Of a stretch of 64,000 bases of DNA, positions 37,092-48,532 are shown piece by piece; position 1 is the stretch's first letter, and every line of letters begins with the position of its first letter. The translations under genes were made by a program, and so were the position numbers. Where the stretch lies: the IMG/VR virus record IMGVR_UViG_3300047323_000138, positions 23,352 to 87,351 of that record; one strand, 5' to 3'. Source of the DNA: a virus. The notes under the pieces were generated by a model. It was not told the origin of the DNA, made no database searches, and saw only the letters and a program-made list of their open reading frames with translations.

Positions 37092-40000
37092 CAGGCACCA
37101 TCCTCACAAAATAAAGTTTCTTCAACATAATCACGACAGGCCAGTGCATAATTATAGCGACACTGCTTCAACTCTTCTTTGGCCAAAATCAGGGCCAAAG
37201 ATCCCTCTAAGGACGAGTGAGCCCCTTTGTATTCTTGTTCAGCAATAAGAAGTTTATTGCGTAGTTCTGTTAGGGTTTTCATTTACTCATCTCCCAACGC
37301 TCTAAATGAATTCGATCACTAATGCAGACATGAAACTTATCACAGGCTTTACCTACACCATCTCGCCTGTCATCTGCTTGAACGTGACCTAGAAACTTGT
37401 TGTTGATATAGACTGCGTAAGTGATCATTTAACACCCCTAGCCAAATCAATCGCCTTGTTAATATCCTCTTCGGACGACTGTGTATTTCCCATCACTGCA
37501 AAGAAGTCTTTAGAATGATCTGTCAAATTATCCCATTCGACTGCACACTGAGATAGAAAGAAGTTCCAGCGATCAGAGTTTTTAAGCTGACTGTCCGACA
37601 CCTTCTTAGACACAACGGCAGTCTTTGTTTTAACGGCCATAATTATTTCTCCTTACCAGTCAATATCAATAGTGTATGTGCCAGCTTCAATCAAACCTTT
37701 TTCATGTAGATCATTTGCGATCATTTCAACAGTTGGGTAGAAATTTCGTTCCCACCACATACTCAGACCATTTTTACGATCCCACTCATCAGGTGAATTA
37801 AGTGTTTGCTGAGAATCACGTTCAATCCAAGCTTTGAAACTAACACCCATATCATCGTGGTTTACAACTTCAGGAACAGTATCATTCTCATAATCTTCAG
37901 CGTATTCATCGGGAATTGTAACCTCAACACGTTGACGCTCTTTACAACCATCTTGTTGTTGAAAGCTGTAAGGACGCTCATAAGTGGTTTTTACCAAATT
38001 ATCCCAATCACCTACATCAATGACTTGTTCTGTTCGGGTTGTAATCTTCATAATCTTCTCCTAAATAATTTGTTTTACACATGTCTGTTGTGTGCATGGC
38101 TGTAAGATTAGCCGATTAGATTGGATGCGTCAAGCTTTTCTTCATTATCTACAAACCATTTACATTTCTCGTTCGGATTCTTGCAAGCCACGCACATAAC
38201 CAAGAACGCTTGGTACTTTGGTAATGATTCTTGTGTGAATCTGGTGCAGGATAGGCGTCTATCACAATCTGTACCGTGGCATTTGACGAGCTTTGTCATT
38301 GTGTCCCCTTGATCGTATCGGTAATCCTCTGATAAGCAAGCGTTGCATTCTCTTGAGTGTCAAACTGTAGAGTTTCCCAAGTGTCGCTATATTCAAAATA
38401 CACCCGTCTGTCTGTACCGAGATAGAATGAACGCATGTGTGCAAGGTTCAATGCAAAGGACTTGTTACCAATACCACTATAATCATCACTAAAAATGTAC
38501 ATTAATTACTCCAAAAGAATTTAGATTCTGTATCAACTTCATATGGACCCTCTGAGACATGAACATCACCACCTTCTGCCTCAATCTCATCAGCGAAGTC
38601 TTGTGCCTCTTTCTCTGTCTTGAATCGATTAGGTGTGTAATAGCCGTCACAACCTGTTGTCACTTCAAACCATTTCATTTTATTCTACTCCTAAAATCAA
38701 AGACCTTTTTGTTTGACGTGATTGCATTTGAGGATCATCAAAACACACAGCTTCTGTAACAGAGACTTCCTCGCTACCGAATGCACCATCTTCAGTTTGA
38801 GTACTGTTTTCAATAACACTCACCTCTAGGTGTTGTGGTTGCTTCTCAAGCCATTTAATAAAAGTTGCTACGTTCATTCTTCCTCTCCAAGATCAAACTC
38901 TAACGACTCAATAATATTCTCAATCTCGTCTGTCACTGAATAGTCATATTGCAACTCTTTTTCCAACAAGTGTTTAGCCTGTTGGAGTAGGGCAATAGCG
39001 TCTTCGATAGTTTCTTTACGTTGGGTCATTTGGGAGACTCCTCTTCAGGATGTTGTTCGTTAAACCACTCATAGATTTCATCATTAACGTATTTGTTCAC
39101 ACGTTCCATTGTATGTCCGGGATTGTTGGCTTGAAGTTTATTCAAGATTTCAATTACCACATCCCAAGGGATCATCTTTTTATCACTCACCATAACCTCC
39201 AAACTCATAAGGAATTGCATTCAAGAAAGAGATAAGACTTTTTATAACAACTTTAGCATCCTCCGGTGTACGAATATCAACCACACCATGATTCTTGTCT
39301 ATGATAGCACAGATAGGCTGCGGATACTCAAAGATTTTAATGTTGTCTGATTCATAAAATGGCTTGAAGTCTGTCATTTAAGCTTTCTCCTCAAAACTAT
39401 AACAGTGGTTTATCCCATCATGATTTCTGATATATGTACACGTCAAGTGATTCATCCTACCACCGACGTTAGTCATATCATTCGTATACTTAGGTGATGT
39501 ACATCTCCACTCAAACAGCTTTATGTATCGCCATTGTGTTGTTAGGGAGCGGTGTTTGCAATCTGAGCATTTGTTCATTTAAGCTCCACAGTAGGACGAG
39601 CTGTCCACTGCCATTCTTTACAGTTCTCTTGCCAAGCTTCTTGGAACCAATCGTTGGTGTTTTCAAGACATGCCCAATATTTCCCATCATCCTCGTCTTT
39701 GTAAAACCAAGCTGCGTTAACCAAACCTGTAGCTGGTTGATACCATTGTGCCTCTTTAGGTGCTTTGTTCCAATCAATATTCATTTAATCAACTCCTTAA
39801 GTTTTTCTGCATCAACATGATAACCTAGATCAATCCACTCTGCATAGGAATATAGATTACCATCAGGGTATTTTAGTCCCGGATGTTGTATGTGCCATTC
39901 GTCCCAATGCTCATCAAACGTCTGAGGATTCAACACTTCCAAAGTGATTTGCATAGGACCACCACTGTAGCTATCTCCTTCGATTTCTAGATTGGCTTTG

Positions 40001-41690
40001 TATCCTTCTAGTAGTCTGGAAAGTTTTGTTAAGAATTCTTTGGTGTGGGTGTTCATACATCACCATACACAGGATTTTCTAAGTCTTCAATAAAGTTCAG
40101 TAATTCCTGAATAGCTTCAATTCGACCAAGATCCCAACCGATATCAAAACCACCCTCTTCTGCACCTGACTGGTATGCATCAAGATTGTTAGTTTCATAT
40201 TGATTCCAAAGCTGTGCATCTTCTTCAGTAATCAGTCCTTGGAAGTGTTCTTTAAGCCAAACCATTTTCTTTGGTAGCTTCATTCTATAATTTCCTCAAA
40301 ATCTTCTTCTAGAAATACTTTATTGATCCTTATACTTCCAAAGTTCTCACCACATCGCTCTACACTTAGGTAATAAAAATCCGCATCCTGATTAGTTATA
40401 GAGATAATATCATTCTCAAGTACTGGGTCATTATTAGTTGTATGCCACCAACCATCACCACCTATCTTATACTTCATCACTTACACTCCTCACTTCCCGT
40501 ATGCAAAACATAACATTTGCCGCTAGTTTTGTCCACTCCAATCACGCAGACATGCATCCCCTTACCTAGCTCATCAGGAGTTGTTCCAACCTTAATTAGT
40601 AGCTCTTTTCCCGCCAACTCTTGCCATTTGAAGATGGATTTGGATAGGATGTCTTGGCTGAATACCTCACTCATAGTCAACCTCTAATTCGTCTAGGTCA
40701 AACTCTGCAAAACCGATCAGCTCATTGATAGCATCAATTACCTCATATCCATAACACAACAACTCTGCCCTGAGTTTTGCAGAGATAAGATGTTCACGCA
40801 TTTTTAACAAGTGGCGTTCTCGTTCATTGATTGTAGTCATTCTATCAAATCTCCCTTAAACACAAAACAGTCTTCGCAAGCATATACATACAATCGCTGC
40901 TCAGTTCTGTCTGATGGACAATCACGTTCAAATGGGTGTCCTGTTGATTTCGCTTCAAGTCCAGATGTCTGTAGCTCTTTACCACAAGCTGTGCAGATTG
41001 GTGTGATCTTAATGTTGATTGTATGCATTATTTTTCTACTCCCAACATATTAAATAAAGCTTCTCGCTGTTTACCAACGATGCCTTGTTCATCTGCAAAA
41101 TCTTTATATCGTTGAATATGGAGGTCATCAAGGATAGGTTTGTACTTGTTAATAATCTCAACCATTCGTTTGAAATCTCCAGCACAAGAAATCAAACCAA
41201 AGAAGCCGTTAGTTTCTTCGTGCCACTTTTCTAAAAACTCTGTTCTAGTCATTAGTCTTTCTCCACAGCAATGATTTTAAAGTCCACATTATCAGCCATA
41301 GCCTTAGCTCTGTCCAGAATATCCATAAACTGATATCCACTCTGCCTACTCCACACAAGGACAATAGCATTTCCTAGATGCTTGCGTAAAGACTGGGCAT
41401 CTTGTCCATAGGGTGTGAAGTTTTTAATTGAGTACATTCAATTCTTCCTTAATCTCTTTCCAATGCTTTGGTTTACGATCATTCCTACGACGACCATATT
41501 CATACTTATGCTGATTAGACTCATAGATGGTTGTACTGCAATCATCGTCTGACCAATCTACATAAGCAATCCAACCAAGTTCCTCATCCTCAACAATTTT
41601 AGTTACAATGAAGTCACTAGTGGCGGTTTCACCTTCAGACCAATGCCGGATGATTCGTGAACCTATCTTAAGCTTACTGATATCAATCAT
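37091..41690 (-). other. Dense run of small hypothetical CDSs
   Basis: 37091-37282, 37425-37640, 37653-38051, 38108-38299, 38296-38502, 38680-38877, 39183-39377, 39378-39578, 39575-39784, 39781-40056, 40053-40283, 40280-40480, 40477-40680, 40837-41028, 41028-41252, 41252-41437, 41424-41690; mostly stop-start overlaps. Confidence 0.65.
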
Positions 41691-41698
41691 TTAGCACC

Positions 41699-43024
41699 TC
41701 AAACAATAATTTTATATTCTTGCACAATACCAAATTCATCCCGATACCCAACGCCGACTGGAACAGGAACGTCAACCTGAAATAACTTCCTGAAGCATTC
41801 CCCCATTGTTTCCTCAAGGATTCGTTGGTACTGACGCTCACATATTACGCTATCATGAATAGGTAAGCAAGGGATATTCTTGTTAGCCATGACATCCAGC
41901 ACACAAGCTGTTAGCTCACTATCATAATTCTGTAGTACACTACCATAGCCATCACCTTGACAAAACACATTCTCAAACTGCGGGTATGCTTTCTTGATAC
42001 GATTGAAAACTTCAGCTCCGGTCTTAAGCGTAAGGTCTTGTTTTCCGTTGAATTTGAAATTAATTTCTTTCTGAATTGCGCTGATTGCCTTCTCATCTTT
42101 TAGTGAATTAAACATGATATTGACACCAAGCTTCACTATCGCACGATTAGAATCTGTCTTTTCATGCTCTTCAAGAATTCCCATATAGACATCAGATGCA
42201 ACATCACTTAAATCAATTCGCTCTCTGATAGCAGCTATACGAAAGTGAAGATTACCATAATCAATTTCTACTACAGGATTACCATTGATAGTAATATCAT
42301 ATCGACCTAGACGCCCTTCGCTGTGTGGAAGTCGGAGAACATCAGCACGATAGAATCTACCACCGTGACCAAAATCATTGTTAAATACCCGACAATAGAA
42401 GTTGTTCAACACATTTCCAAACTTATCGCGTACTGTGCAGATGTCATTCAGAAGGTTGATCTTCTTTACTACTTCCTCAAGTCGTTGTGTTTGTTTGGTA
42501 TTGCGAAATGGAACAGGCTCTTTGTCCTCGTTACGAAGTTCGATATAAGCATAAGCTTCTTGATACGCAAGTTCAGCCATACGCTGTACCTCTGTTGAAT
42601 CACAGAATTCTTCTACAAATTTCAGTGTGGGGACGATATAGCTCACTTTACGTTCATCCTTATCTCTATTGGGTGGTGCAATAAAGTTGACAATATACCC
42701 TTGTTGCTCAAGCCAGTCAACCACTTTCTTTACTTTATAGACGGAAATCTTCTTCTTGTTCTTGCATTTCTCTGCTGTATTACGAGAATACACAAGCTTT
42801 CTGTTCTTACGAATACAAGAAATAAGATTATAGATGATACAAGCTAGGGTGTTGTATTCCTTATGCTCTAACATCTTAACCTTCTCAGATACATCTCTCT
42901 TTACTACGATATCGTATATCATTAACCTTGTATTGGTTACATTATATTCTATCTTCTGATTCTCTATTACTTCATATTTATCCTCGTCTATCCTGTAGGT
43001 ATTCCATTCTTCCTCTACATCCAT
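41699..43024 (-). CDS. PolA/T7-RNAP-superfamily polymerase-like protein (TV-Pol-like)
   Basis: GGRFY, motif A VEIDYGNLHFRI, motif B RAIVK, LQNYDS, motif C PIHDSVI in 441 aa. Confidence 0.7.
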   Translation of the reverse strand: MDVEEEWNTYRIDEDKYEVIENQKIEYNVTNTRLMIYDIVVKRDVSEKVKMLEHKEYNTLACIIYNLISCIRKNRKLVYSRNTAEKCKNKKKISVYKVKKVVDWLEQQGYIVNFIAPPNRDKDERKVSYIVPTLKFVEEFCDSTEVQRMAELAYQEAYAYIELRNEDKEPVPFRNTKQTQRLEEVVKKINLLNDICTVRDKFGNVLNNFYCRVFNNDFGHGGRFYRADVLRLPHSEGRLGRYDITINGNPVVEIDYGNLHFRIAAIRERIDLSDVASDVYMGILEEHEKTDSNRAIVKLGVNIMFNSLKDEKAISAIQKEINFKFNGKQDLTLKTGAEVFNRIKKAYPQFENVFCQGDGYGSVLQNYDSELTACVLDVMANKNIPCLPIHDSVICERQYQRILEETMGECFRKLFQVDVPVPVGVGYRDEFGIVQEYKIIV

Positions 43025-43382
43025 ACATAATCTCTCTATATCAAGAAAAAACTAGCTAATAAAATGTCCTCTAGGCCACGTCCCATAAGGGCTGTAGCCA
43101 TATTCGATGGAATTTAAATTTGAAAGTCAAGCACTGTTCTCTCAAATTCATAAGTGAATTGTCTCATATCTCAGACTACAGGTGCAAGTCAAATTATCTT
43201 TTGTTTGGGGTATTTAGAGAGAATTTATCTTATTTAATCCTCACCCTCCAACACCCTCAACATCTCTTCAAGATCCTCCCTACTCAGCCACAGTGGAGGC
43301 ACCATTTCATGGTAATCTTGCTGTTGGTGATAGATGATAATTGCATTACCTACTTTGTCCCAATCTGTACCGTTGACTGTGT

Positions 43383-43914
43383 TCATTTCCAAACTCCTGC
43401 CGTCTCTTCATGGAATTTCTCAGCATATCCATTGTAGTCTGTCCAACCAGAAACAACCACTTGGTAGTCAACATTCTTAGCATCGTAACTGATCAGAGCA
43501 AACTTGTCTGTCTTAGGGTTAATGATGAAATAATAATCACGGCCTCGTACGGTTTGATAATTCCAATCATTCGCTGTAATGTGCCCAGTTCTATCACACC
43601 AATCTTTAAATTCTTTCTTGTTCACGCTTTCCCCTCCCCAAGCTTAAGTTTCTCTCCAGAAGAGGTGTCAATAATTTTAAATTTGTTTTTCATTTCAAGC
43701 CTCACACATTCCAGTCAAGGAATATTTTAATTTGATCTAGCTTGGAAATCTCATCAATCTTCTTGTAGATGTACTCTACAAACAACACCCTACCACGACC
43801 ATCTGACGGAAGGTCTACAAGATCCCCAACTGAAGGAATAATGTCAGACCTAACCCAATGATTCCAATTCTCAGAAACCATGTCTGTGTATTCAATATAG
43901 TATAAATCTTTCAT
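43383..43914 (-). other. Two small hypothetical CDSs
   Basis: 43383-43625 (SD GAGGGG) and 43702-43914 (SD GAGGAG). Confidence 0.6.
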
Positions 43915-43943
43915 GTTGTTGTCTCCTCAATTAATGTAGGCCA

Positions 43944-44057
43944 ATCATAACAGATCAAGGGGTGAAGTCAAGGGGGAGATGTGAATAAATTCACAAAGAT
44001 TCTTGGGATATTTTTGTTGGGATGAGGCTTGACAGGTGGTTTTGAGTAGCGTAGATT
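43944..44057. promoter_or_regulatory. Divergent sigma70-like promoters
   Basis: Minus TTGACT(43971-43966)-16-TATGAT; plus TTGACA(44029)-17-TAGATT. Confidence 0.7.
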
Positions 44058-44088
44058 AGGACGTATCAACCAAGCAGAGGAACAGACC

Positions 44089-44319
44089 ATGTACTTTCAA
44101 ATCACTTACAAAGCTGGTAATGGCGAGCTTCTGAACGATTACCTTATGGAAGAAGACAACCTCAAGAAAGCTCGTTGGTTTGCTGAACACAAGGTTGATG
44201 GTAGCTATGGAGAGACAGACCTGAAGCTCCATGCTGTCAAGCGTATCTCGAAAGCACAAGCAATAAAAATGTTTGACAGCAACTGCGTAGCATGGTGTAA
44301 TGAACCGTATTGGGATTAA
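44089..44319 (+). CDS. Hypothetical protein
   Basis: SD GAGG after promoter. Confidence 0.65.
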   Translation: MYFQITYKAGNGELLNDYLMEEDNLKKARWFAEHKVDGSYGETDLKLHAVKRISKAQAIKMFDSNCVAWCNEPYWD

Positions 44320-44405
44320 CCTCTCAATGTCGCTGACATTTCGAAGAAACAATATACGTATGTGGTGTATGCAAGATTAATTTAAATATAGGGGTGGAGA
44401 GAAAG

Positions 44406-45263
44406 ATGAACATTGAAGCTTACGCATGCCAGCACTGTGAAAGTATCTACAAGACTCAACAGAAAGCTGTAGCCTGTGAGAAGAAATGCGTTGCACGAAA
44501 TAAAGAAGAGATTGCAGAACAAGAACGCAAAGACAATCTTGAAACTCTTATGCATTACGTCAGGCTGAATGCTGAGTCTGTTGAGGATGTCTGCAAGCTG
44601 TCTAAGGAAGTGTCTGAAAAGCTATTTCCTAAGTCAACGATTAAAGACATGAAGCTTCGTGTGGGCTATAGTGTTCATGCAAGCAACTCTCATTCTAGCC
44701 CGTTCGGTGGTGTTAGTAATTTTAGTCCAAGGCAGAATCCAGAGAAACCTAAAGGCTATCCTGCACTGACAGGTACAATTAAAGTTGTCTTCAACAAAGA
44801 GCCTAAAGGTTTTAGTTCGGATGTCTTTGACAAATACAACGGCATTGCAGGAATCAATACAGGTTCAGGCGGTTATCGAGGTAATGAAGGTGGCTACACC
44901 GTAGAATATGGTGTGACATTGTGGCTCAATGATTTTCCTAAAATCAAAGATAGGATTGAAAAGCAGTTGCAGGCTAATGAAGATTATGAAACACTGCGAA
45001 AATCGTTGTACGAAGAGTACACTGATGCTGTGAGTTGCAATGAAGAGATTAATGCTTCCAAGAAAGCTATGTCGGAATGGCATAAACAGATCGCAACCCT
45101 CCAAGCTAAAGTCCGTGAAGAGGAAACAAAGATTGCTCAAGTGAAAGAGAGTATTGGCAGTCCTAAACAAGACATCTTGAATGTTGAGTATGAGAAAACT
45201 TTGAATGACTTTGGTCTGCCAAGTGTAACTAAGAACCTCTGCAATTATTGGAGCTATCAATGA
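44406..45263 (+). CDS. Hypothetical protein with Cys motif and coiled coil
   Basis: CQHC...CEKKC; C-terminal heptads; SD GGAG. Confidence 0.7.
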   Translation: MNIEAYACQHCESIYKTQQKAVACEKKCVARNKEEIAEQERKDNLETLMHYVRLNAESVEDVCKLSKEVSEKLFPKSTIKDMKLRVGYSVHASNSHSSPFGGVSNFSPRQNPEKPKGYPALTGTIKVVFNKEPKGFSSDVFDKYNGIAGINTGSGGYRGNEGGYTVEYGVTLWLNDFPKIKDRIEKQLQANEDYETLRKSLYEEYTDAVSCNEEINASKKAMSEWHKQIATLQAKVREEETKIAQVKESIGSPKQDILNVEYEKTLNDFGLPSVTKNLCNYWSYQ

Positions 45264-45426
45264 GTACAATCTACGAAATATATTACGAAAATAAACAAGG
45301 TGAAGTAGTATTCTGTAGCGACTTCATCACCACTGAAATGAGTGCATGGAAAGAGATTGAGCAGTTGCGCGCTGATTTCCCTGAGCATGATTATTGGTAT
45401 GAATGTATTTATGAGGATGAGCAATA

Positions 45427-45912
45427 ATGATGCTACGAACAGAAAGTGATTTCATTATTGCAAGCAATCAAGCGTATGATCTTGCTGGGATTGTTGTTGC
45501 ATATTTAAAATTGCACAGGCAATATGTGAACGGATACAATGGCGTCAGTGTTCCTGATAAAGAATTTGCAGTGACGTTCAAGCCACCATCCAAAGAAGGG
45601 TTTGTGACAACTATTCTACATTGGACTGACTGGCAAACGCACACTGAAACTCAATATTATGATGTAGACAGCGACTACTTTAGTGAGTCTTGGGGTGCTG
45701 ATAACTCTTGTGGGGAAACGTCTTACACTGTAGACTATGCTGAATCTAAAGGGATCGATATTCCTATTAAACACCTTATGATGACTAAAGATCAGATGGT
45801 GGGTTTCTTCAAGGATAAGAAGATTAAGGTTGAAGCTGAGTATAAGGAAATTGCTCGCAAGAAAGAGATTGAAAGGCTTGAGAATGAACTTAATAAATTG
45901 AAGGTGATATAG
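45427..45912 (+). CDS. Hypothetical protein
   Basis: 161-aa ORF in operon. Confidence 0.65.
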   Translation: MMLRTESDFIIASNQAYDLAGIVVAYLKLHRQYVNGYNGVSVPDKEFAVTFKPPSKEGFVTTILHWTDWQTHTETQYYDVDSDYFSESWGADNSCGETSYTVDYAESKGIDIPIKHLMMTKDQMVGFFKDKKIKVEAEYKEIARKKEIERLENELNKLKVI

Positions 45913-46175
45913 TGGCCATAATCGACATCAAGAAATCCTACAGACACATTAGTCCTGAAGAACTTCGCTCAGCGGCTTATTCGGGGATTTTGTATTGTGG
46001 ATCTAGTGATCTTAGTGACTTCTTGGAATATATTTTTCAAGACTTCTACACTCAACAAGACATTGACAAGCTAGTCAAAGAAGCTGTAGAAGAAGGTCGT
46101 GATTCGTATTCTTCTGTGGAGAGTCTTAAACAGAATATTCGTGAGGCTATTGAGATTTTGGAAGATAGTCTGTAA
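45912..46175 (+). CDS. Hypothetical protein
   Basis: Overlaps upstream stop. Confidence 0.65.
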   Translation: MAIIDIKKSYRHISPEELRSAAYSGILYCGSSDLSDFLEYIFQDFYTQQDIDKLVKEAVEEGRDSYSSVESLKQNIREAIEILEDSL

Positions 46176-46216
46176 GCTTGAAGATTGTGGCGAAGAATAT
46201 TGATTAGGAGATTGGT

Positions 46217-47956
46217 GTGGCTGAATACGTTGTAGGTAAGAATCCTTGCCCCAAATGTAGGCGCCAAGGAAATGACCGGGCAGGTAATAACTTCCATTTC
46301 TACGGGGAGGGTCTTGGAGGTTATTGCTTTGTTTGTGAGTGGACCCTTCCAAGTGATGCTTGGCTGGAAGAGAATGGTGAAATTAAAGATGAAGAAGAGG
46401 AGTTTGTAGTGGGAAGTTATTTCGATCTAGAAGTTAATGAGAAAATTAAGAAACAAACGGGGACAGACAGTAAAGGTTATCGGGGAATTCGTAGCGATAT
46501 CTCCCGACCTTTTGGTGTTCGTTACTCTTACGACGAGGCAGATGGTAGTGTGGCAGCAACCTACTACCCGGCTACTCAGAACTATGAGATTTCAGGGTAT
46601 AAGGTTAGACATCACCCCAAGCGATTCGAGGCAATTGGTGAAACTGGGAAGGGCTGTGAGTTGTTTATGCAACATGCGTTTAAGAACACCACTGAACAGC
46701 GTGTAGTTATCGCTGCTGGTGAAATTGACGCCCTCAGTTGTTTCCAAATGCTGGCTGACTATCAGAAAACAAAAGGTTATGAACCAATTCCAGTTGTAAG
46801 TTCAACCATTGGTGAGGCTGGCACAGCAAAGCAGATTCAAGCTCAATATGAGTGGTTTTCTCGGTTCACCAAAATCATCATTTGCGCAGATCAAGATGAG
46901 GCAGGTAAGAAAGCTGTAGATAAAATTGCAAAAGTTCTGCCCAAGGGTAAAGTTTTTGTAATGAATCTGTCAATGAAAGATGCAAATGAGCTTTTGATGG
47001 CAGGCCGTGAGAAACAATTTGTTAATTCGTTTTTTACAGCTAACTCCTACACACCGGACGGTATTGTGGGCAGTGGTGAACTGATGGATCGGATTAAGGA
47101 AGCTGCGCTGGTTCCTCGTATTCCGTTGCCACCTTTTATGCATCGTCTCCAAACTCTGATGGCCGGGGGGATTCCACTTGGAACCATCCTAACTATGGGG
47201 TCAATGAGTGGTGCAGGTAAGTCAACTATCTCAGAGGAAATGGTTTACTATTGGGTTTTCAATAGTCCTCATAAAATTGGGATCGTGAGTCTGGAAAGTG
47301 ATTGTGCCCAATACGGTACAAAAATTCTCTCTCGGCATATTAGTAAGAAGATTGACCTTATTGATGATTCTCAGTTAAAGGTTAACTTCCTTAGCTCTGA
47401 AGAAGTTGAAGAAAAAGCAAATGAACTATTCCGAAACAATGACGGTTCACACCGTTTCCACTTGATTGATGAACGGGACGGCGGGCTTGATAGTCTTAAA
47501 AATCAGATCATGGAATTGATTGTTGCATGTGATTGTCGTGTGTTGATTCTTGACCCACTGACTGATGTTCTTGATGGAATGAGTAATGATGAGCAGTCAG
47601 TATTTATGAAGTGGCTGAAGGGAATGGTGAAGAGTCACCAAGTTACTTTTATTCTGATTAGTCATGTCAGAAAAAGCTCTTCGGGAGCAAAAGCAAACTC
47701 AACAGGGGCAGATTTGCATGAAGAGGATTTTATGGGGTCTTCTTCGATTTTTAAGAGTAGTGCATGTAATTTGCTGTTTACCCGAAACAAAGAACATGAG
47801 GATGATGTACTCAGGAATGTAACTACAATGAAAATGACTAAATGTCGATGGACTGGGCGAACTGCACCGATTGCCGGACAGTTCTTTTATTCAAATGAAA
47901 CACACACACTTTCTGATTATGAAGATTGGTTGTTGGAAAATCCACAGGAGTTTTAA
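46217..47956 (+). CDS. T7 gp4-like DNA primase-helicase
   Basis: CPKC...CFVC Zn finger, TOPRIM GEIDALS and DQDEAG, Walker A GSMSGAGKS, SLE, LDPL, ISHVRK, KCR. Confidence 0.95.
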   Translation: MAEYVVGKNPCPKCRRQGNDRAGNNFHFYGEGLGGYCFVCEWTLPSDAWLEENGEIKDEEEEFVVGSYFDLEVNEKIKKQTGTDSKGYRGIRSDISRPFGVRYSYDEADGSVAATYYPATQNYEISGYKVRHHPKRFEAIGETGKGCELFMQHAFKNTTEQRVVIAAGEIDALSCFQMLADYQKTKGYEPIPVVSSTIGEAGTAKQIQAQYEWFSRFTKIIICADQDEAGKKAVDKIAKVLPKGKVFVMNLSMKDANELLMAGREKQFVNSFFTANSYTPDGIVGSGELMDRIKEAALVPRIPLPPFMHRLQTLMAGGIPLGTILTMGSMSGAGKSTISEEMVYYWVFNSPHKIGIVSLESDCAQYGTKILSRHISKKIDLIDDSQLKVNFLSSEEVEEKANELFRNNDGSHRFHLIDERDGGLDSLKNQIMELIVACDCRVLILDPLTDVLDGMSNDEQSVFMKWLKGMVKSHQVTFILISHVRKSSSGAKANSTGADLHEEDFMGSSSIFKSSACNLLFTRNKEHEDDVLRNVTTMKMTKCRWTGRTAPIAGQFFYSNETHTLSDYEDWLLENPQEF

Positions 47957-48532
47957 ATGCAAGAAGAAGTTTGGAAAGATTACCCGCCGTATCCAGATCG
48001 ATATCAAGTGAGTAACTTTGGAAATGTGAGAAACAAACCTTTTATGAAGCAGTCTTCGAACAAGGGAGGCCCATATAGTTTCTTAACTAAACAAAAACAG
48101 TTGATTCCGCTATTAAACGAAGACGGTTATTGGCAACTTCGCTTGATGGTTGATGGCTTTAAATTTACAAGAAAGATACATAGGATGGTGGCAGAGACTT
48201 TTATTGAAAATCCTGAGAATTTACCTTGTGTAAATCATAAGAATTCCAATAGAGGTGACAACTCCCTAGAAAACTTGGAATGGTGTACAGAACAATACAA
48301 TGTGAAGCACAGCTATGACACGGGAAGTAATTCAAATGCTGGTGAAAAACATCCTAAAGCTTTGCTGAACAATGAAATTGTTTTAAGTATTAAAGAGCTT
48401 GAAATTGAGGGTTTGACCTGTAAAGAGATTTCTGATAAGCTTGATTTCAAATATCATACCGTCCACAAAGTATTGCATAGGAAGAATTGGAAAAATGTTG
48501 AACCAGAAGGCAGCAAGTGGGTTTTTCTATGA
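47957..48532 (+). CDS. NUMOD4-HNH homing endonuclease
   Basis: EEVWK...YQVSNFGNVR; HRMVAETF...VNHKNSNRGDNSLENLEW. Confidence 0.92.
   Translation: MQEEVWKDYPPYPDRYQVSNFGNVRNKPFMKQSSNKGGPYSFLTKQKQLIPLLNEDGYWQLRLMVDGFKFTRKIHRMVAETFIENPENLPCVNHKNSNRGDNSLENLEWCTEQYNVKHSYDTGSNSNAGEKHPKALLNNEIVLSIKELEIEGLTCKEISDKLDFKYHTVHKVLHRKNWKNVEPEGSKWVFL

Noticed and set aside
47957-48532. Group I intron carrying the NUMOD4-HNH gene
   Set aside because: Helicase ends and polymerase begins with complete domains; no room for an intron core
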